DNA of 64,000 nt from Octopus vulgaris (GCA_951406725.2 OX597838.1:434001-498000); one strand, 5' to 3'; numbered from the stretch's first letter, positions 1 to 12,963 are shown. Numbers and translations are program-made. Notes: a model not told the origin generated them from the letters alone.

Positions 1-99
1 CATTAATTAAGTTAGATTTATAATAGAGAATTTCTAGTGCCTCTGCTGACCACAAATTACAGCTACCCACCCTCTTTTAAAGAAGAGCACTACATATAA

Positions 100-420
100 T
101 ATGGTGTGAAATGGTGTAATTTATATCCCTTCCTTCGAAGTTTCAGATGAACTTAGCCAACGAAATGCATTTGTTAAAATTTCTTTTGTATTTAGGATAA
201 TGAATGTGATTATGTATCTGGTCTTAAATTTCGAAGCGGTATCATTTTTGTAATAAGAGACACTCTCAAGTTTTTTGACCGAGCAGTTATATATTAGATT
301 ATTTTTCAGATATTGGTCATCTAAAGGGCATTTGTCTCGGTTACTACAGTTATACATTCTTTTAGGTATGTAAAGATAAGATTTATTCTATTAGTGTTAA
401 TATTATTGCTCAGAGCCAAT
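100..420 (-). mobile_element. Penelope-like retroelement fragment (Cys-rich linker / GIY-YIG region), degenerate
   Basis: ORF 121..357 (YNCSNRDKCPLDDQYLKNNLIYNCSV...SKFKTRY) resembles the CxC...CPLxxxCL...IY...FKxRY segment of Penelope GIY-YIG endonucleases. Confidence 0.65.
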
Positions 421-1246
421 ACCATATATCACCATCACAGTTTCATGTACTAGACTGATGTGTATTATTTATGACTGACCCAGTCTAGTACATACAAATT
501 ACTCATTTTCTAATTCTTATTATTTACTTTAACCCTTAACAATTGCAACTTATTTAATTCAATTTAATTTACTTGAATGGACTACAGAGGTGGACATTTA
601 ACTTATAATTTTACATACATTTATTATACACCCAGTAAAACTTTACCTGCTCTTTCTTCTTTAAGTTACTTTCAAATCTCTTCTCTGTCTTGCTTAAAAA
701 AAGGAATCAGTTATATACTTGCTGATATCCTGACCTCTCAGGATGTGAATTTGGCAAGTTTGCACTAAAAGAAAGTAATTTGATATCTCAATTATGTACA
801 ACGTTCATCTCCTGAATTATTCTGGAAGGGCAATTTTTGATGTTCATATCTTTAAAACTGTGTTACCCATTGCCTCCAGTTTATATGTTTGCCTACAATA
901 ATACTTTAGGGTCTGATGAGAATGACTGAGAGTTAATTAATTAATTGATCGATTACACATACAAACTAATATACAGAGATGAAACAATTCCGCTACCCAC
1001 CCGAAAAGATCGTTATCTTTCAATAATCTTAACTTTTGTTTTGTCTGATTGTTATTATACTCTGCGATAAATGCACCAAAAATTAAAAGGTAAATAACCT
1101 CGAATTTACAGTTTGTTTGACTCGTCTGGTAGAGTTAACCAATTGTGATTCTTATATTCCTGACGTGACTTTCTGTTGGTCAGGTGTTATCAGATGAAGT
1201 GTTGACTGAGGTATTCGACTGGATTTCTTCAATCCTTATTTTCCAC

Positions 1247-1291
<45 letters not shown>

Positions 1292-2062
1292 AGAGTTTAC
1301 GAAAAAAAACAACAAAAGACGAAGACAGGTGGTGTACAAAACAAACAGACGTATTAGTATAATGCTCAGGAATAGAAAAAGTCTTTTACGTTTCGAGCCT
1401 ACGCTCTTCTACAGAAAGGGACACAGAAAAAAACCAAGGAGAGAAAAAAATATATATATATATATATATCGTTTTTAGATTTGGTTTGCAAGATTCTTTA
1501 TGTGAGTTCGTGTGTTGAAGCATATTCTGTTGTGTCTGGGGAGAGTCATTTTCTTTTTGTGCCTCATAATTTAACACACTCACCGGTAAAATCTCCACTG
1601 ATTTCTTATTTTTATTTTCCTAAAACTTTCGTTGCATCTTGCAATACATATACATACATGTATGTATGTATGTATGTATGTATGTATGTATGTATGTATG
1701 TATGTATGTATGTATAGGACAAAACTCCCCTCTGGACGATGTGAATGAGAGGAAGACCATGAAGAAATTTCTGAATGGTTCCAGAAAATGAACTTTAAAG
1801 GAACCTCAACGCTTAATGAGCTTTTCAATATTGTGTTTCATTTAGTTTTTCAAAGATGCGTATGATGTTCTTTTTATTATTTTTGTGATTGGGGTTATTA
1901 CATAATAAATGTAATATTTTACATCTCAGAGAAGTGTTGTTTATAAGCTACAAATAAGAAGAATAAACATTATCGGTTAAGAATTGCTTGTTTTTTGTCT
2001 TTGGTGGGTTTTGTCTTCAGGGGTTTTTATCGCTAGGTTTTTAGGGGGGGTATTGTCTTACA

Positions 2063-2125
<63 letters not shown>

Positions 2126-2154
2126 TTATACATACATACATATAGTGAACCATT

Positions 2155-2368
2155 GAGGAATCTACAACTATTCTATTCAGATTACAACTTCAGGTTTATA
2201 CCTGTAATTATTGGGGCACTGGGATATGTAGCACACTGCCTAAATATCAGTCTTGAGAAATTAGGCTTCTCAAAACCAGAAAGGAGAAAGCTGATGCGAA
2301 AACTACAAATCTGAGCCATCACTGGAAAAGTAAAAATCTGTAAAACTTTCCAGAAGTTTAGCATTTAA
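2155..2368 (+). mobile_element. RLE-type non-LTR retrotransposon C-terminal fragment
   Basis: Translates as RNLQLFYSDYNFRFIPVIIGALGYVAHCL...KLQI*AITG..KICKTF, the PVIIGALG C-terminus of restriction-like-endonuclease LINEs. Confidence 0.6.
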
Positions 2369-2874
2369 GTATATATGAGTATGTATAGATATGCAGCTAT
2401 ATGCATGAGAATACATACATAAAACAAAACATACAAATTTGCACGTGCACATACAAACATACATACAAACAAGCATACATACATGCATGCATACATACAT
2501 ACATAACACATACAAACATGCATACATACATACATGCATGCATACATACACACATACATAACACATACAAATATGCATGCATGCATACATACAAACATTC
2601 ATACATACATACATACGTACATACATACATACATACGTACATACGTACAAGATGGTTTTGTGTGATAAATTCTATGTGATTTCCTTAATTTTTATCAATG
2701 CTGAATATCTTTTGATCTCCTTACACAACCAACAACTGCCATTTATTGATTTCCCTACGAATTTGATGTTCACTCTATGCTATTTGAGACACTGTTTGTA
2801 GCTTTAAAAATACGTAGGATATTGCTGGCGAACTCTCTGAAATTCAGTACATAACAAGATAGATAAGGTAGGAG

Positions 2875-2909
<35 letters not shown>

Positions 2910-2955
2910 TAGTCAAACACAAGACATATATTAATAAATGAAATTGAATACCTAC

Positions 2956-3390
2956 CTCCAGTTCTACCCCATCCAGCTGCAATACATTTTTTCCCATCAA
3001 ATTTCTGTCCTGGGGCAGGAAGAGCAGCAGGGTCCACACAATTTCCGAATGACACTGGATTAGGCAGACGGATCATAGCAATATCGTTACCTTTTAAAAT
3101 AGAAATTATTGTTATAGTTATTGTTGTCGTTGATGCTGTTATTATTGGTGTTGTTGTTGTTGTTTTTGTTGTTGTTATTATTATTATTAAAGTGGTGAGC
3201 TGGCAGAATTTTTAGCGCGCCGGACAAAATACTTAGCGGTATTTCGCCTGTCACTAGTTCTGAGTTCAAATTCCACCGAGGTCGACTTTGCCTTTCATCC
3301 TTTCGGGGTCGATAAATGAAGTACCAGTGAAACACTGGGGTTAATGTAATCGACTAGTGCCCATAGTGAAAAGGATTATTATTTTTATTA

Positions 3391-3435
<45 letters not shown>

Positions 3436-3641
3436 CATTATTATTATTATTAAGGCGGTGAGCTGGCAGAATAGTTAGCATGCTGGGTGAAATGCTTTGC
3501 AGTATTTCGTCTGCCGCTACGTTCTGAGTTCAAATTCTGCCGAAGTCGACTTTGCCTTTCATCTTTACGGGGTTGATAAAATAGGTACCAGTTCAACATC
3601 ATCCCCTCAAAACTGCTGCCCTTGAGGAAAAATTTGAAACA

Positions 3642-3678
<37 letters not shown>

Positions 3679-3983
3679 TATATTTGACTTTTGCTTTACA
3701 TTTGCACAAGCTGGCTCCAAGTCTCACCCAGAGACCTCAAGAGACAACAAGTTGGAAGTTCATGTTGGTGTTATGCCTAGGGTGCCATATATTTGGTTTT
3801 GTACTTAGTGTTGTACTAGTGAATGCCTAAAAAACCATACGAAAATTATGTTTGTTTTAAAACTTGAGATTACAAAGAAAGTATTTTGCGTAGGATATGA
3901 GCAGTTTCCATGAGCACTATCTTTTGAATTTCTGCCATTTTGGGGTTTCCTGGTATCTGAGTTAGGTAGCAATCAGCCCATCA

Positions 3984-4021
<38 letters not shown>

Positions 4022-4102
4022 GTTGTTGTTGTTGTTGTTGTTGTGGTTGTTGTTGTTATTAGTATCATCGTCGTCGACATCATGATGATGATCATCATCA
4101 TC

Positions 4103-4180
<78 letters not shown>

Positions 4181-5898
4181 AATAATGGTTTATTCACTTA
4201 GCCTTTCCTAATTTATCTATGTCATGTTTCAGCTCCACCCTGCAGTGTATAGATGCAACATTTTTTCGCCACACACGAGTTGTTCCAAGTATTGTTGCCA
4301 ACTGAATACTTCCGGTGAAGTTTGGTATTTGCAGCTTTTGAAGCCAGACTATCGCTCTCTTTGCCATGGTCTACAGATTCTTTTCACTTCCAATCCTGTG
4401 TCTTGGTAAATGGTGGTGCCCATACCACTTGTTGCTACATTCTGACCCATACTTCTTGCACAACTCCCACTCTATTCACTTCACTCTGCTACTCTTTGCC
4501 TTGGGGATTTCTGTACTCCTTCTGGACTAGTTTTGAGTATCCATTAATTCTATGTCTAACTGTCTCAGATGATTTTCTTTGTGATTTTCCTCAATTTCGA
4601 ATGCCAAAAGTGTAAACTCTTGTGTGAAATAGGTTGAATCGCCCACATCGAACGGAAAATCTCAGACAAACCGTGGAAAGTAACGGATTATACAACTCGG
4701 GTTCAAATCAACGGCAAATGAAAGTTATGTTTTTGCCTTGTTAAAGTAATCATAAATAAATCCCAAAGAATATTAAGATATAAGATTATTTGTGAAGAGT
4801 ATGTAGTTAAATATCAGTTGCAAAATACTTACGCATGGGGTCAGGAGAATACTGAGAATGTACTTTCCATTTAGTAGCTGTCATAACATATCGACCCGGC
4901 TGTTCGTTATTATTGGTACCAATATTTACAGAAACTGAACGAGTTCCGGGGGCGCTGAAATTAATGAAAATGAAGTCACGTGTGCATTACTTTCAATCCC
5001 TTTTATATTTAGTTATATATGAAATATAATCTATATTTCAGATCGGCAGGAATAGAACTTTAGTTCGGGTTCATAAACCAAAGTAAGCTATATAAACTGA
5101 AATCGTACGAGGAGTGATTGCTTCTTGCTTTAGAGTGTTTAATTAATGAAAATGCAGTTAGTAATATTGGAATTTGAAGTTTAAAGGAGATTTATATTGA
5201 CACCTTTTCATTCGAAGATAACACTACTTGCTAAAGCTATGGCTAAAACATTTACAGAATTCTCTAGGACAGAATTTCGTTGGCATTTTATGTATTGAAT
5301 ATATTGTCCATGGTTGACACGAACCATCAAGCCATTGCTTGGTAGTCCGATAGTGCATTCTGTCAGCCAGCGATGATTCTCTTCCTAAATATAGGATCAG
5401 TTTACTGGGTTAATGAGAAGACAAAGACATCTTAGTAAGATATTTGTTTAAAAGTCCGTCGAAAATAAATGGAAATTTAAATTAGAATATTTCACTCAGC
5501 AATTTATTTAAATTTACCATCTCATCTGTTGCGTAGTCCACCGATGCATTAGTGACTAAATGAGAGATGTTTGTGAAGTAGTAAGGAAGCGTGGTTAGTT
5601 TGTACTAGAAGAAAGACCGCCCTCCAGGCGGTCTTCTGCTAGCCCCTTGACAATATTTTCATATTTGATTCCCAATTCTAATAATGTTTATATTTTACGT
5701 CTAATAATTATTTTGTATAATAGTGCTCACTTGCTTAGTAAGTATTGCTTTCATTGTTTTGTCACAATCATAATCTCTCTCTTTTAAACAGACATCACGG
5801 TAGTCCAACAACAGAGGGAGAAACAGTTGGTTAAGTTTTACCTTCCCCTCAAAGCAGCATAGAGATTTCAATTCAGCAGTCCCTCTGTAAGCTTTGTA

Positions 5899-5930
<32 letters not shown>

Positions 5931-6986
5931 AGGGGGAGAGAGAACATTGCAAACAATGAATGAAATAAATATGAAATGAAAAAATCGTATAAATAAAAGG
6001 GTATTACTACAGATTTATACGCCCCTGACTTTGTTGCCTCATGCCATCCTGAAAATGGATACTTTTTAGCAAAAGTGTGGCACTGTTGAAGTCGCGCGTG
6101 CAACTTGTTTATGTATATATTGGCTTAGCGGTACAGTGTTTGGAAACTGTGAATAAGGTGCAAATTTTGAGTACTTGTCGGTAACGTTTTTCTTCCTGTC
6201 TTCTAATAGTAATTACCCAACTTTCTAGAATCTTCTCACAGCGATTCCGCGTTCAAAAATTATACGGGTGTATTAAAAATGTTCATTCAATAAATAAGAA
6301 ATTACGTACACATTAATAGAATAAACTGGGTTTTTTTTCCAAATAGCGAATGAAAACTTAAAGAGAAAATGAGAGACTTTGCAAATGAGAATGGATTGCT
6401 CCGCAGTGAATGCAATGAATATTTAAATTTGCGAGAAATTGGAGTTAAAAAAATTCAAGAAACTTGAGAAATCGAAATTACAGGAAATTTCTTTGAACAT
6501 GAATTTATAAAAATATTTGCAGACGGTCAACCCTTTAATAATTGCTTTTTTTGAGTACTTTTAGTAGTTGTTACGTATGTAATTAATAAGCAGCTTTCTC
6601 CATTACCGTATAGAAGATAAAAACCAGTGAAAGAGATTTTACTTACAAGCAATGGGCAGCGGTCAAAACATGCTGGTTGTCCAATAGTGTACCACCACAT
6701 TCGAAAGTACCTTTAGCAGTATCAATGAGTAAATGAACTATTGATGGATATTGACAAGTTGCTGCCGGAGAGCCACCAACGATTTGTTCTTTTGGACCTG
6801 GAAATATATTAAGAGAAAAACTGAGTGCATTGGAGTGTTGGTGGTGTGGTCATGTGATGCATTGGTAGAAATATAAACTGTCTTGAAAATGTAGACATTA
6901 AATCGTGTTAGATCAATATAATAGAGCAGTTATTTACCAGCGAAACTGAGAGGAAGAACGATTGCTAAACAAAATATAGCCAACAT
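2956..6986 (-). CDS. Secreted S1A serine protease, copy A (exons 1-4 only; catalytic Ser exon not in window)
   Basis: Exons 6986-6938 (MLAIFCLAIVLPLSFA), 6797-6647 (GPKEQ-IVGG...LTAAHC), 4954-4833 and 3090-2956 (RNDIAMIRL...AAGWGRTG). All junctions are GT-AG and in frame. Exon sizes 49/151/122/135 match copies B and C. Confidence 0.9.
3191..3378 (+). mobile_element. tRNA-derived SINE (Deu/Nin-like central domain)
   Basis: GTGAGCTGGCAGAA head, GAGTTCAAATTCC B-box and GGTCGACTTTGCCTTTCATCCTTTCGGGGTCGATAAA core; many copies in the window. Confidence 0.8.
3454..3641 (+). mobile_element. tRNA-derived SINE, same family
   Basis: GGCGGTGAGCTGGCAGAA head, B-box and the same core, flanked by (ATT)n. 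Confidence 0.8.
3676..3978 (-). mobile_element. R4/Dong-like LINE 3' end
   Basis: Reverse strand reads ADCYLTQIPGNPKMAEIQKIVLMETAHILRKILSL*, then a 3' UTR abutting an (AAT)n array; homologous to the end of 29745-31446. Confidence 0.7.
5605..6617 (-). mobile_element. Non-autonomous Helitron in intron 2 of protease copy A
   Basis: Minus strand 5' A|TCTTCTATAC at 6617; 3' hairpin AGACCGCC-TGGAG-GGCGGTCT followed by TTCTTCTAG|T at 5605. Inserted in an AT dinucleotide with no TSD and absent from the homologous intron of B and C. Confidence 0.75.
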
Positions 6987-7050
6987 GTTTGAGATTGGTG
7001 ATGCTTCTGAGTCTGAAACACTTTATGCTTCCTCGGTAATATTGCTCCTT

Positions 7051-7058
7051 CTTTTATA
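7051..7058 (-). promoter_or_regulatory. TATA box of protease copy A
   Basis: TATAAAAG starting 72 nt upstream of the ATG; conserved at the same spacing in all four promoter copies. Confidence 0.75.
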
Positions 7059-7531
7059 GCTTTAACCCTACAATGTTTTCCTTTCAAAGCACTATGCACA
7101 ATAATCTGCAAATTCTATTTGCTCTTCTGTTGCTTTTGTGGCCATTACTGAAACACGGCGCCTCTTACAATAGCAATGAAAGACACAAGATCAACTGCTG
7201 TTTGCATCTTGCACGCACTCATTGTTGATGGACAAAAGCGTTTATCTTTGATGACAAAGACTTTTAAAACGTAAACTGAACTAAAAAGATCCATAAAAAT
7301 CGAATAAAAAATTAAATACTTAAACTGGAAGTTTTTCTATTTTATTTTTTGAAAACTGCTGCTGTTGTTGTTGCTGTTGTTCATGATGATGATGATAATG
7401 TTCTTGTTACTAGCTTGTTTTTATTGCAAAGACTGAAGAATGATATACACGATAGTTTATGAATGTACGTGGCCACGTGTGCATGTATGTACGTGCCTAG
7501 TCAAATACACACACGCCCGCAAACACATATG

Positions 7532-7580
<49 letters not shown>

Positions 7581-7595
7581 ACTCACTCACACACG

Positions 7596-7677
<82 letters not shown>

Positions 7678-9894
7678 TTTTACAAATACGGAAGGAAGCA
7701 CTTTTGTGCGCAAAGTTTTCTTTTTTCCTCTTTTATCTACTGCTTGTTCCAGTCATTGGACTGTGCTCATGCTGGGGCAATGAACCGAAGGGTTTAGTCG
7801 GACAAATCAATTACAGTACTTATTTTGAAGTCTGGTACTGTATTCTATCGATATCTTTTGCCAAACCGCTCGGTTACAAAGACGTAAGCCAACTAACAGC
7901 GTTGGGACAAACACTAAAACGTACTTATACACATACACACCATGCATACACACCATACATACACATCATACATACATACATACATACATACATACATACA
8001 TACATACATACATAGTGAACATTTGTGATAAACACAAGTATAAATAGTTCATACAAGATATCGTGGTATTCAGGTTGCAATTAGTAAAGTGAACGCTTTT
8101 TTCTTTAATTTGGAAACATAATCGAATGTTGAATCTTATCAACGACCCACGAAGAGATGATGTTAAAGCACAATTCTTCTTTCACTGAATAATATATAAA
8201 TACCATCTAGAAAGTTCTATGCATTCGCCTCTTCAGAAACACAGTCAAGTACACGCAATGACAAGCCTTTTTCAAAAGAAAAAAAAAAGAGGCAGGGATT
8301 ATCTCTGCACACAGGTACATGGATGACTTCGAAAGATTCATCCTAAAACAAGAATGCGATGTGACTGTGTAGGCGTTTATTGAATAGGGTCTCCGTCGAA
8401 AAAAACATTCAAAACGCGAACCTCCTACATCCATTAAAAAAAGGGAGAGAAAACCTCAACAGCATCGCATTCGATCTCATCAATTTGATAAAAGAAAAGA
8501 TTTCAATGGAATAGCCATTCCTTCCCTCCAAAACACTTTTAATAAGGAGATGCAGACTCCTTCAAACAATCTCCCATCTCCGCCACTAACGTCCACATAA
8601 TTGCATATAAAGCAAAGAATATATCGGAATTAAACACAGACTCTAGACTCCTGTTAAACAACTTCGCTAAAATAAATTCTTCCACCTCTAAATCACTTTC
8701 GCTAAAAACTGAATTTTCTGACAGAATCTATCCCAATTAACGGTAGAGACACCAGGATAATAATTAATGATAAGAATTGATTACTAATGAGGAATATTCA
8801 GCAATCAATCGATGTCGCGATTCACGGGAATGTTGCCCACGTGATCAACGATTCTGACCAATCGCGACTTCACCTGGAATAGGTCACACGCATATTTTAT
8901 TTATGTGAAACGCCGTATAACCAATGGAGTGAATCCCCAGCTGAATTCCAATAAACTACCTGTATCCACGACATCAACAAATCTGGCCAATCATGTGCAA
9001 TAGGCTCCAGCGACCATATCAGCTTTTGGCGCGCTCCTTTCTCAGTTTCTCAATCGGTATAAATAACACATACGACCAAGACCCAGAGAGCTTTGGAATG
9101 TAGCTGAGACGATAAGGCAAACAGACACATGCAGCGGATGAACCTAGCGAATATCAACATAATGGACTATCCACTGAAACGCAACGACCAACGGTAACTT
9201 TTCGAATGCAATTTCAATAACATCCAAACTCTCTCAACAAAATCAATTGGTTCGTAAAAAATCCCAACAGATTTCGTCGTTTTGTTCTTTGTACAATTGT
9301 TCGCTTCCGACGCTAGAAATGGCAGCCAACAGCCAACAGCCAACGGCCAGCTCCCAACACCAGCTGTCATAGACTACTCCTAGTAGTTAGCAAATCAACT
9401 GAAGCACAAGTGATGACGACGTCCAACGGCAACATTCTATTATAGCACGAAAAAAGATGGGGCGGGGAGCTAATTCAATGACTCCAGGGGAACTATGACG
9501 AGGCTGAGTTGGCCCATCTCATAGAATTGTTTATTCTTAATGCACCCTGAAAGCGCCACTCAGCATAACTAGAGAATATATAGCGAGATAACTGTTTAGT
9601 CATGTCATACACTGAGAATGAGCAGCCCCACGAGGAGAAGATTAAAAAAGTATTTCATAGAAATATCTTGGAAGTTTCACTTAAACATGAAACTGTTACC
9701 TTAATTTAACGATAGCCAGCGTTTTGGATGTAATGCGAGGTTTAAGAATCGGCAAAACCCTACGAGGTGACTATGTACTTCCGTAAAAAGATACAGTAAA
9801 CTCAGCCATAATTAAAGGATTTTCAAGCCAGAATAATTCGGAGAGATTCTGATCTATTAACGGATAATTTATTTCTATATACTTATCTTCTGTA

Positions 9895-10778
9895 CGAGGG
9901 GATATCAACAAAGTTCCAGCACTTGTTCTGTAGCGCGCCAACTAAAGGTAGTACATGGTTGTGTGCGCAGTGAGAGCTGGCAGTGGCCTTCATGAGGTGG
10001 TGTGCAGAGTGACATCACTGTGTTGAATTCGCAAGTTGTGAAATTTGTGTTTTTGTGATCCCATGTAAGCTGTAGACAGCGATTTTGTCATGGACAGGAA
10101 CAAAGAACCAACGTGAAATTTTGTGTTAATCTTTGTAAGTCTGCTACAGAGACATGTAGCATTGCATCGGCAACGAGACAACGGATGATTGGCAAAGCTT
10201 GGAGAGGCACCGGCGCTTCAAAAGCCAATAAACATTTCTAGAAGACGATGAAAGACCTGCCACGAGCGTCACCCCCGGAAATGTATTGTGTATCGAGAAT
10301 TCACCCGGGCCCCAGGGGACGAGAGTTCTACTGCGACGTTTTGAAACGTTTGAAGGGGGATATTCGACGAAAGCAACTGGATCAGAGGAGAACGAAGGAG
10401 TGGATTCTTCACGACATTGCACTCTGTCACTGAGCTCTTCTCACTCGTGACTTTCTCGCCCAAAACAACATGGTATCGCTTCCGCACCCACGTTTTTTTT
10501 ACCAGATTTAGCACATGCGGACTTCTATCCCTTCTCCAAGATGAAAAGGCAGCTCAAAGGTCGGCGTCTTAACACTGTTATCGAGATCCAGAGCAAATCG
10601 TTGAAGGTCCTCGACTCGCTTACGGACTTCCAGGTCGGATTTCAAAAGTGCCAGGAACAGTGGCACCGGTGTATTGCTGTGCAAAATGACTATTTCGAAG
10701 AAAATGATGTTAAAACTTAGGTAAACAAGTTATTTTCTATTACACATAACTAGGCTAGGAGTCATTTGATACCATCTC

Positions 10779-10779
<1 letters not shown>
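9895..10779 (+). mobile_element. Degenerate mariner (Tc1/mariner) transposon
   Basis: Imperfect TIRs TA|CGAGGGGGATATCAA ... TTGATACCATCTCG|TA. Fragmented transposase motifs QRTNVKFCV, KSATET, WILHD and PDLAHADF..FSKMKRQLKGRR. Confidence 0.8.
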
Positions 10780-10834
<55 letters not shown>

Positions 10835-10840
<6 letters not shown>

Positions 10841-11057
10841 TTATATTTCGGAATGGTCATATTGCCAGTTTAGCCAATAAAAACACACGCACTATATATT
10901 TGGTGTTATTTTGCTTCAGTGATATTTATTTTTTACATTAATCTTAATCTTATTTCAAAAAAATAAATATCACTGAAGCAAAATAACACCAAATATATAG
11001 TGCGTGTGTTTTTATTGGCTAAACTGGCAATATGACCATTCCGAAATATAACGATAT
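10835..11057. repeat. Perfect inverted repeat, 100-bp arms, 23-nt spacer
   Basis: 10835-10934 is the exact reverse complement of 10958-11057. Confidence 0.9.
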
Positions 11058-11110
11058 CTGTTTCAACACACGACTTCACATAAAAAATCTTGCACAACAA
11101 ATATTTAAAC

Positions 11111-11171
<61 letters not shown>

Positions 11172-11177
11172 CATATG

Positions 11178-11208
<31 letters not shown>

Positions 11209-11287
11209 GTATGTATGTATATATATGTATGTATATATGTATGTATGTATATATATGTATATATATATATGTATATATATGTATGTA

Positions 11288-11323
<36 letters not shown>

Positions 11324-11689
11324 TGTATATATAAAAGATAAATATATGCGAAACAGAGAGAAGGGTACGCACACGAACGCATACACGCCTGCACACACAC
11401 GAGGACGGAAAGTGTCGCTGAAGAGGTCACAGATGTGTGACGAAAGATTTCCTGACACTGGACATCAGTTAAAATAAGAACAGTAATAAACGAGTGAAGA
11501 ACGGCTATGTATAGTACGTGTGTTTATTTGGCAAAAAGAAAACCTCAAAAGGACCCTTCCGAAATGCAACAATATCTGTTTCAACACACAGTTTCACATC
11601 AGGAATCTGGCAGCACAAATTCATAAACGTAATGGAAGTATCTTCGTTTATATACAGATATAACGTGTCTTTGAATTTATCGAAACCGG

Positions 11690-12479
11690 GTTATCAAAGC
11701 GTTGGCTCCGGTCATTTGCGAGCCTTTAACACGTCTATTCAATATGTCATTGGCGACGGGTGTTATACCTGCGGACTGGAGAACAGCGATAATCTGTCCA
11801 ATTTTCAAGAAAGGGTGCCACGAAGACCCGCTTAACTACCGACCGGTTTCCCTTACTTCAATAATCAGCAAGATGTTCGAAACCATCCTTAAGAAAAGTA
11901 TGATGCTCCACCTCCAAAACACAGCCTCTATCTCTGATTCCCAACACGGCTTCGTGCCGAAAAGATCATGCTTGACCAACTTACTGGTAATGGAAGAATT
12001 GGTGACGCGCATCCTCGATGATGGTGATGCTGTTGACATCGTTTTATTGGACTTTGCCAAAGCTTTTGACTCGGTAAACCACCGCCTATTACTTGTCAAG
12101 CTTCAAGCATATAGTTTCCATCCGGATATTGTACGATGGGTTGGTGCCTTCCTCTCAGATCGCTCCTTCCAAGTCCAAGTTAATGGTTCGCGGTCCGACG
12201 TCTCCAGTGCGAGCAGTGGCGTGCCTCAAGGTTCAGTGCTTAGGCCCTTATTGTTCTTAGTCTTCATAAATGACTTGCCCGACGACCTCACGCAACACAC
12301 CCTCCGGGTTGCGGATCCGTGGAATAAACTGCCGGACGAGATGGTGAAGATGCCGACAACCGCTTGGTTCAAAGTCTCCCTTGACCACAAGTGGCCTGAA
12401 CTCTTTACATGAACACCACCCTGTACATAACTCCATGTCCCCCTACATGGCCTTGCTTTTTGCTTTTTGAGCCAAAAAT

Positions 12480-12509
<30 letters not shown>
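11690..12509 (+). mobile_element. 5'-truncated, internally deleted CR1-like LINE (RT fragment)
   Basis: ORF 11702..12412 has RT motifs NYRPVSLTS, QHGF, LLDFAKAFD, GVPQGSVL and FINDL, then jumps to the C-terminal WNKLP segment; (AACT)n tail at 12481-12508. Confidence 0.85.
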
Positions 12510-12510
<1 letters not shown>

Positions 12511-12779
12511 CTTATTTATTTGTGCTGTGGTCTCATTTTGGAGAGTCAATTCCTGTTTCAACCTAAATAAGTTGTGACTACTCGAATACCACTCTCTGCG
12601 TTTTCATGATTAGAACCTGGCGACAGGCCGAAACGAGATGTCTAGAAATGACGAGAAAGCGCAGGTTTTATGTCAGAGTATCCCCTCACTTATGTGACAA
12701 CAGCTAGGAGTATCTCACTCCCAGTCGTCTTACTACGCACCCTGACACCAAGCAAGGAAATGTCTGCGTCCGTGCGCTC

Positions 12780-12962
12780 ATATGGAATGTCATTGCATAT
12801 GCTAGTTAACCCACAGCTGGGGCCCCGACAGGTGCTATTATTCCAGGGGAGAATAGACCTGCGAATGATCGTGGTTGAGCAGTTGTTCCGCATTCCTCAA
12901 AACCCTCGAACTCCTGAACCAGGGTCTCACTGTCGGATGCAGCTTAAAGTCATATCTAGGAT
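12780..12962 (-). repeat. Dispersed repeat, second copy at ~56945-57100 (+)
   Basis: Shared TGACTTTAA..GCA.C.G....AGGGTTTTGAGGAATG.GGAAC...CCCAGC..TGGGTT.A motifs; family not identified. Confidence 0.5.
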
Positions 12963-12963
12963 A

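Noticed and set aside
1481-2801. ORFs such as MYVCMYVC and HTYIHTYI here and throughout the window
   Set aside because: Translations of (TACA)n, (CA)n and (TA)n microsatellites.
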